Of a stretch of 64,000 bases of DNA, positions 35,306-48,200 are shown in pieces. The notes beneath the pieces are model-generated. The model had not been told where the DNA came from. It was given only the letters and a program-made list of their open reading frames with translations, and searched no databases. Position 1 is the stretch's first letter. Each line of letters opens with the position of its first letter. The position numbers and the translations under genes are program-made. Source of the DNA: Haliotis rubra (taxonomy: Eukaryota); NCBI RefSeq assembly GCF_003918875.1, contig NW_025765359.1:682001-746000 (forward strand), in the 5' to 3' direction.

Positions 35306-37045
35306 TCCAGACCCTGCCCATAGCCTGCCCAGCTCCTCACGCCATCTCTATCGACCTGAGGCGTAGTGCATGACTGATTTACTGGACAGACTGATTTCAC
35401 TATCGTCAAACTGTGATCCATCATCTATAAATATGTATCACCAGCCGAACTCCACCCAAGACAAAAACTCAATAAAAATATGACCTGGTTTGGCCGAGTT
35501 TTCAACTCTTTCCACCAAAGCCTTGTCACACATTTGGAATATAATGTAAATTTATGCAGTGACCCGATTTTGAAGATTTGTATAGTGTGTTGTACTACTG
35601 GTCAATTGCAGAATTTGATTTCCTTTTCTATGGACTGTTAATATTATTGTGAAGATATTTAAATACAAATTTTAAGTTATTGGCAGAAATGCTAGATTAT
35701 AGAACATGACTTATGTTTTAAAGAAGAATGGTCAATCTTGATCTTTGTTCCTATATATGAATGAACCCCAAACAACTTTTTTAAAAGATTGTTAATGTCA
35801 TATTTTCACTAATTATTAACCACACATTTTTGTTAAATATTGTAAATTTTGTTTTGGAGTATTGAATGAATGAATGGCGAGTGTTTGAGGGTCCTGATGG
35901 GGCAGACCAGACGTCAAAAGTTGGTTTCTAGGTAAATTATTAAGATCAAGACGAATTGGTATCAGGATATAAATATAAAGATAGCTTTAAGCAAATGTTT
36001 TATTGTAATCATGCCTAAGTCTTTCACATGTAAACATTTAATTCCATTTGTTGTTTTGTTGTTAATGGGTTGTACCAAAAAATATCTATAGAAAATTTAT
36101 TTTTGGAAATATATTTGTGTAAATTTTAATTGTAAATCATGTAAAGCAAGAATATATCATTTTAGAGTAGAAAAAACAATATAGTTAACTTTTGACTGCT
36201 GATACCCCCTTCTGCCCCCTCTGAAAGAAAGTGTGTATTTTCACTTTACTATGTAGACGCTGCTTCACAAACCTCTCGGCAGGTCGTCCCCACAGGCTCG
36301 TTTGAAGCTGACAAAATATTGATACAGGAGACAATGCTAGAGTCACGTGTTTCAAATGATTAATCAAGAGATGGTTGGAAGGTAGAATAATACTTTCCCA
36401 ACAACTTGTATTCAGTGTCTGAAATTTACACTTCTTATGGTACATCTACATTGTAGAGGGTGATCATTACGACGTTTCTTATATTTAGTATCAGCTCACT
36501 AGATGTGGAGTGTTTTTTGTGTTCATAAAGATATCTTAAGTTTTCATCTTTAGTTTGAAGTAGTTGTTGAGATAATCTGAGAAACTGCCATGGATCATAC
36601 TGTATCATCAACACAAACTTGAGATGAAAACGGTCAAGGGGAGATAACCGAACTGCCGTTTCATTGTGAACACAATCTCAAACATTCATATCAATGGAGT
36701 CATAAAATGTGACCTTGTATTTGTTTTGATGTGGAATGTTAGTGTGAAATCCAAATATGAAATAATCGCGATCTTATGAATAATTATAGATGACAGCTTC
36801 AAATGAGCGTCTGCGGACATCTTGTAAGGCCTGGTACTGTTAAGTACTGTTGTCGACTGTTCTGTGTGTGGCCTGTCTCTCTGCGACGGTGTGTGCGAGT
36901 GTGTGGTGCGCACGTCGTGAGCGAGACACAGCCCTCTTCAAGCTGCTATGTTGGATTGAGTTTTGTTCAAGTTGGACAATGGTGCTGCTGCTCCCCTCCC
37001 GCCTGTACCAACCCAGAGTTCAATAAAACACGGAAAACAATACCA
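35303..37045 (+). other. unc-22: twitchin last exon: stop codon plus 3' UTR
   Basis: cccttgtatttcag|TAA in phase 0; AATAAA at 35471 and 37022, the latter followed by T/GT-rich sequence. Confidence 0.65.
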
Positions 37046-37200
37046 GTCTCCTGTCTCTTTTACTAGTTTGTTTATTTGTTGGTTGGTTGTTTAGCGCAGC
37101 ACTCAGCAATATTCCAAATATATGGCAGTGGCCTGTAAATAACTGTGTCTGGACCACAGGATTCAGTAATCAACATCATGAGCATCGATCTACACAATTG

Positions 37201-37558
37201 GTGAGGTGAGGTGAGGTGAAATTGGGTTTAACGTCGTACTTGAGAATATTTCACTCATATGACGACGTGTATGCGTGTGTATGTGTATGTGCGGCTGCTT
37301 GCACTAGCCCAGACTTAAGCTGGTTTTATAGTGCTAGCCCACTGAGATACCATGCCGCAGTGAAGCATGAATACCCCGCTCAGACACATTATACTGACTT
37401 CGAGCCGACCAGTCCTTGTTGTACCCATTAATGCCAAGCGCCAGGCAGGGACCACAAGTACCATATCTTAACGTCTTTTGGTATGACGCGGTCGGGGATC
37501 GAACCCGCGACCTTCCGTTCTCCGGGCGGACGTTCTAACCACCACCACGGAGGCGGTC
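37201..37558 (-). mobile_element. SINE family C nested in a family B copy
   Basis: Full reverse copy flanked by a ~33-bp imperfect duplication of the B element. Confidence 0.9.
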
Positions 37559-38029
37559 ATCAACATCATGAGCCTTGATTTACACAATTGGAATATGATG
37601 ACATGGCAACCAAGTCAGCGAGCCTGACCACCTGATCCTGTTGTCTCCTCTTGCTGAAGACTAATTCTGATCTTCACGGGTTTCTTTTACTGGTGAGGAA
37701 GTTGACAGTGGCCTCTTACAACAAACAATGGGTTGCTGACGACCTCTGTCCTGGATCTGCACAGGACTGAAAAGTCAGATGTCAATACTGGAGTGAGCGA
37801 GTTAGGTTTTACGTCGCTTTTAGCAACAGTACGGCAGGGCACACCAGAAATGGGATTCACACATTGTACCCATATGGGGAATTGAACCAGGGCCTTCAGC
37901 GTTACAAGTGGATGCTATAACCACTAGGCTACCCGACCACCCCATCAATACTGGAAGCTTTGTTGTTTTGCAAGATCTTTCAAAGCAATACAAAGCAGGT
38001 TGCATACCCACATTATCATGTTAACAGAC

Positions 38030-38196
38030 TGACTGACTGACTGAGTTTGGTTTTACGCCGCTTTAGCAATATTCCAGCCACATCACGGCGGGGGACACCA
38101 GAAATGGGCTTCACACATTGTACCCAGGTGGGATTCGAACCCGGGTCTATGGCGTGGCAAGCCAACGCTTTAACCACTAGGCTACCCAACCGCCCC
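38030..38196 (-). mobile_element. SINE family A
   Basis: Full-length reverse copy with A/B boxes and (AGTC)n tail. Confidence 0.88.
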
Positions 38197-38933
38197 TCAT
38201 GTTTACAGAGCTGTCAGCATTGTTGCAGTGTCGGTTGAATGTGAAAGGAAATACATTTATATGGACGTTTACCACTTTTGTGAATCTTCTGCTGACTAAA
38301 CAATCCTGATTAGGGTGAATCTTGTGTCAAAACGTGTAAAGAAGTCTTGCTCTTTGCCGCCTCTCTTTTTCAGCTTTTCATGGTAATCTGGGACTGTGAA
38401 TAATGATCATAGGATTCTGGCATGCTTAAGGGACACAACTCTGCACAGAAAATTGCTGTATCAGAGTGGGCCATCCAGATGGACATTGGACAGATTTCAG
38501 GTGTCGGGGACTGAACCAGCGGACACCCATTGTGGTTTTGAGGGACAAAATATTGTTTTTACACTTGTCCATAATGTCACAACTGTAACAGTTGCCTGTA
38601 CTATACAGATGGTAAAAAGTTAAGCTGCACCAATATATTTGATGTGTCAAATTATATACATTGAAAATTTAAATAAATTTTGTTTTTATGATCAAATACA
38701 GAAACACCAACAGACAAAAAAGGAGTTGTGGGGCTATCAGGGGCTATCCAGGGGCTATCCAGGGCAGTATCAAAAGGATTGCTTAAAATCAGTATTCATG
38801 TGCCATCACATTTGTGTGCATAGATTCATCATCTGTTAATGTACACTATCATTGAATTTTTAACCTTCGCACATTAGTTACTGTTTTCCAAGGAGTTTGG
38901 TGTTGCATTACTGTTCACCATCAGTATAGATAT

Positions 38934-39295
38934 GGTGAGTAAGGTGAGGTGAAATTGGGTTTAACGTCATGCTTGAGAATATTTCGCTCATATGACGACA
39001 TGCATGCGTGTGTATGTGTATATGCGGCTGCTTGTACTAGCCCAGACTTAAGCTGGTTTTATAGTGCTAGCCCACTGAGATACCATGCCGCAGTGAAGCA
39101 TGAATACCCCACTCAGACACATTATACTGACTCCGAGCCGACCAGTCCTTGTTTTACCCATTAAGGCCGAGTGCCAGGCAGGGAGCAACAAGTACCATAT
39201 TTAAACGTCTTTTGGTATGACGGGGTCGGGGTCGGGATCGAACCCGCGACCTTCCGCTCTCCGGGCGGACACTCTAACCACTACACCACGGAGAC
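38934..39295 (-). mobile_element. SINE family C
   Basis: Full reverse copy. Confidence 0.88.
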
Positions 39296-39367
39296 TAACC
39301 ATGAACACATGCCATTTAGAAAGTGGTCAAATGTAACGTTACACATATATAACAAATTCTCAGTAAA

Positions 39368-39805
39368 CCGTTGTGGCTGAGCGGTTTAGGCAGCTGACTG
39401 TGTGCTGGTGATAATGTGCCCGACTCTGAGAGTGCGAGTTCGAATCCCAGATGGGAGTCAAACCCAACACAAGTACTAGAATCTGTACTTTACTAATAGA
39501 CAGCCTCTGTCCTGTAGTGGTCAGAGCGTCCGCCCGGAGAGCGAAAGGTCGGAGTTCGATCCCGACATACCAAAAGGCGTTAAAAATGGTACTTGTTAGG
39601 TCCCGCCTGGTTCGATTCATGGGCCCGACGGTCTGCTCGAGTCATCTGAGTGGGGTATACCAAAAGTATCTCAGTTAAAATATGGTACTTGTTGGTACCC
39701 TGCCCATACACATACGCCGTCATATGGCGAAATATTTCAAGCACCTAAACCCAATTTCACCTCACCTCACCTTTACTAATAAAGTGTAATCCCAAATATA
39801 ACATA
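39368..39805 (+). mobile_element. tRNA-like SINE family D interrupted by a rearranged family C copy (39499-39770)
   Basis: TSD ctttactaata around the C copy; uninterrupted D copy at 46156-46310 (-). Confidence 0.75.
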
Positions 39806-41571
39806 AAAGACCAACCATTTGACAATCGGTTGAACAACCATCCAGACAACAGCAAGGTACACTAGGATGAACAACAAACACAGACTTCATATCACTGGTT
39901 TATTGGCTGAATGTTGTAGCCAGAGACGCAGACTCGCTACATCAACAGGTTGGCAGCCATCTTGGAAAGCTGGTCCTTCTAACAAAACATGTCATTGATT
40001 TCAACACAGTCACACACGCCTGAGGAAGCTAACAAAACAGTCTTCAATTTCATATAATTCGGACACAGAAACACTCTCTGTGAAACATTGTCCGAACAAA
40101 TTTAATTCTAGTTCCCATCTTCTGCCATTTTAAGCTGATAACTGAAAATTGCCTTGTAGGAAAGAAATACAAAGTCTTTGGATTAATTTTGAGTATTTTG
40201 TCATAGTAATCTTCACAAATTGAAATTACGCTGAACAAGTTCATGGTGAGTTTGTGGGTGGGTGACTTTACATTTATGCCACTTTTAGCAATATTCCAGC
40301 TATGTCAAGACAGGGGACACCTGAAATGAGGGAGTCTTTATTGAATGAACCTCAACTGATTCACTGCAACCTGTCGGCCATTTCAGACCGATTTCTTTTT
40401 CTCGGATAAAGAATAGTCTCAGACAAATAGTACGACCAAATACACAACAAACCCTTTGTATCTGACTGCATACGTATATAATATGCATCTTTCCATACAA
40501 GAATAAGTTATTCCATGTAACTCAAATACACTGATACAAAAATAAAATATCTGTCCCAGTGTCATATTAGTTGTGACCTCAATTAGAAAAGAGAACATTG
40601 TTCCATTTTTTCAGACTACTTTGATGTTAACTGAGGGCAGAGTAAACAATCTGTTTGAGAGCCTCAGCAAATATCCAAATTCTTATAAATGTGAAAAAAC
40701 TATGACTAAGACACCCAAGTTTCACTGTTTCAGCTTTTGAGAGGGGGTACAAGCCCCCCACAGATATTCCAGCAAGGGATTCAGCTACTGGTGTTAACAT
40801 ACGATTCAAAATGGGTCTGATTTAACACCACTTGTAGCAATATTCCAGCAATATCACGACTGGGGACTCCAGAAATGGGCTTCACACATTGAACCCATAT
40901 GGGGAATTGAACCCATGTCTTCAGCGTGACAAGTGGACACTATCACCACTAGGCTACCTACCCACCTATGCTCAAAATTCAAAATTGCATCTGACTACTA
41001 TGACCACCAGACCAAAGAATGCTTGCCTCTGATTGGTCAAAACAGGATGAATATCAGGTAACAAGTTGCATTCAATACTTTTAAGTTCCATATTCATCAC
41101 ATCTAGTATTAATTGCCTATTGTCTCTATCAGCTTCTATAAGAGGAGAAAAACCACATTCAATTTCCAAACTACAGTAATGGTTACCATGGTAACAGTCT
41201 TGCTTCACACATCCTATTTACCTATGCATCAACTAGTTCTTTTGTAGTCTTGCAAAAACATCTGCACCAAAACAATCCATATTAGGCTTAACATGAACAA
41301 CATTTCATAGAACACTGCCAATTCATGAAAATTATATGAACTGTGTAAAGAACCAGATTTCAGAGCATTAACAGGAGTACACACTCATATATGGTACACA
41401 GTTCCTATCAGAACAGTCAAGCTTGTATAATAACTGGACCCTCTAGATTTTCACTTGTCTCGGACTAACTGACAAGTGGACATCACTGCTTTAGGGGAGC
41501 TATTACAGTTATGAAACATTCATTCATACAAACATCTGCCACCACCATAACAAACTTAATACCAACCACCC

Positions 41572-42436
41572 TGACAAAGATGTCTAGTCTTACAGCATGA
41601 GTTGTGCATCCTTGATGGTCAAAGATGTCTAGTCTTACAGCATGAGTTGTGCATCCTTGACTGTCAAAGATGTCTAGTCTTACAGCATGAGTTGTGCATC
41701 CTTGACTGTCAAAGATGTCTAGTCTTACAGCATGAGTTGTGCATCCTTGACTGTCAAAGATGTCTAGTCTTACAGCATGAGTTGTGCATCCTTGACTGTC
41801 AAAGATGTCTAGTCTTACAGCATGAGTTGTGCATCCTTGACTGTCAAAGATGTCTAGTCTTACAGCACGAGTTGTGCATCCTTGACTGTCAAAGATGTCT
41901 AGTCTTACAGCATGAGTTGTGCATCCTTGACTGTCAAAGATGTCTAGTCTTACAGCACGAAGTTGTGCATCCTTTGATGGTCAAAGATGTCTAGTCCGAC
42001 AGCAACGAGTTGTGCATCCTTGACTGTCAAAGAGTTGTGCATGCAAAGATGTCCTTGACATCCGTTGTCAAAGATGTCTAGTCTTACAGCATGAGTTGTG
42101 CATCCTTGACTGTCAAAGATGTCTAGTCTTACAGCACGAGTTGTGCATCCTTGACTGTCAAAGATGTCTAGTCTTACAGCACGAGTTGTGCATCCTTGAC
42201 TGTCAAAGATGTCTAGTCTTACAGCACGAGTTGTGCATCCTTGACGGTCAAAGATGTCTAGTCTTACAGCACGAGTTGTGCATCCTTGACTGTCAAAGAT
42301 GTCTAGTCTTACAGCACGAGTTGTGCATCCTTGACTGTCAAAGATGTCTAGTCTTACAGCACGAGTTGTGCATCCTTGACTGTCAAAGATGTCTAGTCCT
42401 ACAGCACGAGTTGTGCATCCTTGACTGTCAAAGATA
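41572..42436. repeat. 45-bp minisatellite, about 19 units
   Basis: gactgtcaaagatgtctagtcttacagca(t/c)gagttgtgcatcctt. Confidence 0.95.
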
Positions 42437-44659
42437 TTATAATGCAATTCTATTATGATAACTATCACGGCCCCATTGGGATCTGAGCATTTCAGAAGGG
42501 ATGTCACTTTTCTCTGACTTTCTTACTTCTCACTACTGTCGTGAAAGCACTTCATTGGATGGCTGTTTATAGCATCATGCAACTGTAAACAGAACACAAT
42601 ATCCCTTGGTTGCTTAATGGAGGTTGGGTATGGATCAACTGTTTAACAAAATATCCTGAGTAACTCCATATATTTTTATCACACCAACCTGGTAACATGA
42701 ATTTGGAACATAACATTGTTATTATGTTGAAAATAGTATGTAATTCTCCAGCCATGTAAAATCTAAACCATGTTCTGTGATGCTGACAATTGTAATTGGT
42801 TCACACTGACGAACACTGTTTAAATAACATCCATTGTCCCTGAGCTCAGCATTTCAATTTCATCTTAAATTCATGAGTTCATAACTATCCACATGACACG
42901 GAGTACAGAAGTCATGAACAATGATGGAACATGTGGATAAATACAACACAAACCAATAACCAAAAACATCTTCTATTGCATTGCCATCGTCAAGAAACAT
43001 GGCAAACAGAATTTGATATCACTATTGACAGGTCATATTGTTTGAAGAAACAGGATTTAACTTGAAGGAACTCGATTTAAGTGCAAATTCAATTTAAGGG
43101 AATGGATTTCCAAAGATGTGTTTAAGCTAACTTATTAATTTTATATTGAAAAATGTATACATTACACATGGGAGAAACATGCATTCACAATCCAGAAACA
43201 AAATGCATCTGTCGACAACTGACTGACTGAGTTTGGTTTTACGCCCCCTGTTAGCAATATTCCAGCAACATCACAGCAGGGGACACCAGAAATGGGCTTC
43301 ACACATTGTGCCCATGTGGGGATTGGAACCTGGGTCTTCGGCGTGACGAGCCAACGCTTTAACCACCAGGCTACCCCTCACCCTCTTCAAAGTGAAGATA
43401 CAAAAAAACGTCTCATATAAAGTACTCGATATTGTCTCTTTTTCAAGGCCAGAGTGAGTGAGTATGATTTAACACCACTTATCAATGTTCCAGCACTATC
43501 ACATCGGGGAACACCAGAAATGGGATCTGTTGTAGCCTTATATGTTGAAAAGTCAAAAAAAATGTAGCTATATTTCTGTAAACATGGAAAATAACATGGA
43601 AAACTATCAGACAACTAACATAACATAAATAAAACAGAAGAAAACAAGTGGACAATCTTAAACAAATCTTAGTTGTAAGGGGAACATAACACAAAGAACA
43701 TCTGAAAAAGCTATCTTCTGACAGACATATTATGACGGACATCCATGCCTGAGATAAGGTTTTGTCTGCTGTATGTAGAGGCAGGTTAAGCTAACAAATA
43801 GATGTGTTTGTAGAATGTCTTCTTCCTTTCGTGAGTGAGTGAGTGAGTATGGTTATACGCCGCTTTTAGCAATATCACGATGGGGTACACCAGAAATGGG
43901 CTTCACACATTGTGCCCACTTCCTTTCAAGAAACGTGTATCTTTGGTCCCAGTGTGAAGAAAGGGTACCAATTTGGCAAATCTTGGATTCAAACCCAGTT
44001 AAAGCAGATGCTGATACAGTTAAGGGAAGCAACTCGGTTCATTAAGTTTAAAGCACCATTTCTGAGTCTCAGAGAAGCACTGTGCAGATGTATCAGTGTA
44101 TTAGTGCAGCAGATTTGCTTGTTGTAGTACACACAAAAAACAGATCCATGAAGATATACTCATTCAACAACCGATCTGGCTACAACTTACAGTCCACGTT
44201 CACTGTATGGCTAAGTAGTACGAAGCTTTCATCAGAGTCAAGGTGCAATAGCATGACAAATACATCACTTAGGACAAAATGTGCCGAAACAGAATTCCTT
44301 TACAATGTCTGGTAGAAAATATTTCCATTGAGATGACACTGCGTGAGCAAGGTTCTACTGTTTCAGACCTAGCTAAAATTCAGTTCTATCCCAGCAGCAT
44401 ACCAACCACTGGCAGAATGATGATCGCGCATATTCAGTCAGGGGAGACAACTCATTTATACCAAACTAGTCTACAATTCACTTCAGGCCGACGGTTTATT
44501 CAACATGACACAACTGGGGTAGAAAACTGGGCCTGAGAAATATAGGGGTGGGGTCAAACCGCAACGACAACAACCACGGTCTCATGGGCACTAAGTATTT
44601 CACTAAGGACATTGTGACCATCCAATATCCATTTAGCTCACAAGCATAACATTGTGCAC

Positions 44660-44940
44660 TAGGGGTGAAACGGTACGGTACATATTGCAGTACAAGACCT
44701 TCGGTTCGATCCGTTTTGTTATACGAGATATGATCATAATGCAGAAAATTGACGACAGCAGCCAAAATTTAAATTTGTTTAATAACATGGGAGAAAAAAA
44801 ACAATCTTTGTTATTTTGAAGGAACAAAACTTATTTAAAAAGGTTAAATGGCAGTACGAAAACACTGAATTTTTGGATGGCATTACGGTATAACGAAAGG
44901 CAAAATACTGCAGTTCTACTAATACAGCGTTTCACCCCTA
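44660..44940. mobile_element. hAT-like MITE in the FAM199X 3' region
   Basis: TIR taggggtgaaacg / cgtttcaccccta. Confidence 0.72.
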
Positions 44941-45088
44941 TTGTGGGTCTGCTATACAACCACACAGAGGAGCAGATCAATTTCAGAGACAAAACAGTAG
45001 GACAACAGCTTTCCCAAGACAGCAGCCAATAGATAATTCATGTAAATTTGCTGATAAATTAACCATATTTATCTAAACAAGCTCTGTA

Positions 45089-45262
45089 TCACATGAGGAT
45101 GTCCACGTCCTCTTCTGACGGCTCGGTGTGCGTAGACAAAGCTAACACTTCCTCCTTCACAAACAGACCACTCCGTTTTTCTTTCATCATTTGGCGGTAT
45201 TCTTTCTGCCGCCGCTGGCGGATTGCTTTCTGCTGGTTCCTACGATCTTGGCATTTTTGTTT
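45089..45262 (-). CDS. FAM199X: FAM199X last coding exon
   Basis: KQKCQDRRNQQKAIRQRRQKEYRQMMKEKRSGLFVKEEVL...DVDILM-TGA. Confidence 0.93.
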   Translation of the reverse strand, partial: KQKCQDRRNQQKAIRQRRQKEYRQMMKEKRSGLFVKEEVLALSTHTEPSEEDVDILM

Positions 45263-48200
45263 CTGTGGGAAAAAGGAAAATTATCAATGACATTGGCTTT
45301 TTGTGTGGAACTTAAGTTGTAATAAGATGTACGGGGATGAACCGCACCAGTGTAACAGAAGGGAGCTTTATCAGTGGAAACAGTATCATGACCTCCGCAG
45401 CGGGGGAGCGAGTTGAAGAGCATTTTACTAGCAAAACCACATGACAGCTTAATGTAGCAAGTGAATCTGGAGAGAAATCTGGATCAAATTCAGGGACATG
45501 GATTCTGTAACTGATGTCAAGGGCCTTGGAAATGCTGCAATCTTGTATCAAATTCAGGGCATCAGAAATCTGGGATCGAGTTTATAGCATTGATATTTGA
45601 GATTCAATTTAAATACCCAGAAACGAGTCAAATTCGGGGACTCGTATTCAAAGACCCATTTCTTCCTAAACAAGCTTAACAATCACAAATACACAGATGT
45701 GTTGAAACATACTATGTTGGCATAGTAATAAGTTGTCAGGTGAATACCAGTAAATGTCGACCAAGGTTTACCAATGTTGGTACATGAACCAGAATGGCAG
45801 TGACTTGTTCGTTTCTGTTGCACATTCATAAAATGTCAAACGCCAAACGGAACAGACGAGACATTACTTCAATGTGCAAAGTACACAATTCAAGGGAACA
45901 TTTAGTTACCAGAAAGAAAAGATTCATTAACTAATCAAATACAACAAAAAAACAATTTACTTGCAACTAGCTTTCATTATTTATAATTAAATGTTTGTTT
46001 AACCACCAAAAACTTCCTTTAGGCATATTAAAAAACATATGCAAACAAAATTCAACTAATGAAGTACCATTGCTCTAGACATTCCAGCTGTCAGTATCAA
46101 GATATCAACAAAACTGAAAAGATCAATCTTTAGAACAAGTGTGAACAATGTAACATGTTATATTTGGGATTACACACTTTCTTAGTAAAGTACAGATTCT
46201 AGTACTTTTGTTGGGCTGAGTCCCATCCGGGATTTGAACCCACACTCTCAGAGTCAGGCACCTAATCACCAGCACACACAGTCAGACATCTAACCCACTC
46301 AGCCACCACAAAATCAATTAACAGTACACTGCCATCAGTACAGTTGCAAGTATCAAGCTCTTTCTAAACAAGACTGGATATACTGTAAGGACAATCTTAA
46401 GACTGACTTGTTTTTTCCACCAAAACCAAATGCCTGTTGACCAAGGTTTACCATTGTAGGAGCATGACCCAGAATGGCAGTGACTTGTTCGATTCTCTTG
46501 CACATTCATAAAATGTCAAACGCCAAACTAAACAGACGAGACATTACTTCAAAGTGCAGACTGAGCAGAGCTCATTCCCCAACTGTCCGTACTTGAAGGA
46601 CTTAAACCACATTCTCAAGGTCACAATTGTTTCCAGAAAACAGAAGTGTGGTTCATACGTTTTATGAAAAGTTTGTAATGATTTATATTTGTATGACTTT
46701 CTATAATGTAACACTGGTAGTCTAAGTAAACTTAGGCTCAGTATTATTCGTCACACTGCTATACTGAGTCCTAGTAGAAGGTTGCGTCAGCTAACCTTTG
46801 AGCGACCTATGACCGTCCAATCAAACGCAAGACAGCCGAACTGATTTAATCAATCATACAATGACTGCTTGTTAGGGTTCGGCAGGACTTACAAAAAGGT
46901 TTTGGGATTTTCTTTTCCCTGGTCGCTGACACTGATCTATTAACAAACGAAATCCGCATAAAACACAGTAAATACACTTATGGGTTTCTAATGACATGGT
47001 TACTATTTGCTTATATTTCCGCAAGATGACATCCTTGAATATTGACAAAAATGCTATTTTCAGCGGCTGTTTACTCATTGCATGTATCACTCGGAAGTGA
47101 TCTTGCGGAAAATAGCAATCGGAATCGTTTGAGTTTTTTAGGTCAAGGTTCAAATGGTATGCACGAACGTTAACTTTCGCGATTTGGTAAGCTGTGTTCT
47201 GATTGGTCAGTCCAAAAGGTTAGCTGACGCAACCTTCTACTAGGTTTTGTTAGACTCGGTATAGCAGTGTAACGAATAATACTGAGCCTAAGTTTACTTA
47301 GACTGGTAACACTGGATATACAAAGGAATGTGAACAAATTCAAAAGATTTCTATCAGTACTTGCTCCAGCTATTGGCTGTTTACTTTTTACACATGTATA
47401 TATGCCATGGATCTTTAAACCTTCGGTCATACCCAGATGTACACAGGGCTCAAGATAACTTTTGGGGGTGCGAGTGTACTTACACATCATATTGCAAGTG
47501 GAGGTGTACTGAGAATTTTGAAGGAGTACTGACATGTTTCTGTGTGAGCGAGTTGGTGATGTGGTTTGTCTGGACGATTCATCGATCACTATTTCCAACC
47601 ATGTATTTGTATTTGAAGACGTATGAGAAATAACTGAGCGACCGTGTGATGCGCGAAATGTCAGGTCCGACTGGATATAAATAGGAACAGTGTAGTTTTT
47701 AGCCAATCGAAAAATAGTGACGCATATCGTTGCATGGCAACGCAAGGGATTCCTACCGCCGGGGTTTCCTCATGTGTCAAATCTGGTTTCGCAAAAGAAA
47801 CTTGACAAGTATTTATCCGAAATAGATTTCCATTTGCACGATACGCACGGAAATTAAATGTCAGACGTACAAAGGTATTTATGTGCGTACACGATATGCT
47901 TGAAATCTTATATTATGTCGTACTTAATTGATTTTGAGGCGTACATTACGCCTGTACGCCCCTTATCTGTAGCCCTGGTACACACAGACAACAAAGAAGG
48001 AGTTAACGAAGGATAAACCTTTTAAGGTTGCTGTATTTTGAAGAATGAAGCATTTACGTAGAACCCTTCAACTTCTGTGACCGTATTGAGCAGGGAGAAT
48101 GTTAAAAGGGGGTATTCTTACCTTTGTTGTTTTCTTCTGTGCTGAGTTTGGACATTCCGAACACAAATCTTGTGACGGACAGCTGACTGGAACATTGAGC

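Noticed and set aside
41602-42507. Long ORFs with 15-aa repeats on both strands; array superficially CRISPR-like
   Set aside because: Product of a 45-bp minisatellite with period divisible by 3; no unique spacers, and the context is eukaryotic.
47170-47745. 191-aa - strand ORF
   Set aside because: Spans parts of two adjacent MITEs and has no transposase motifs.
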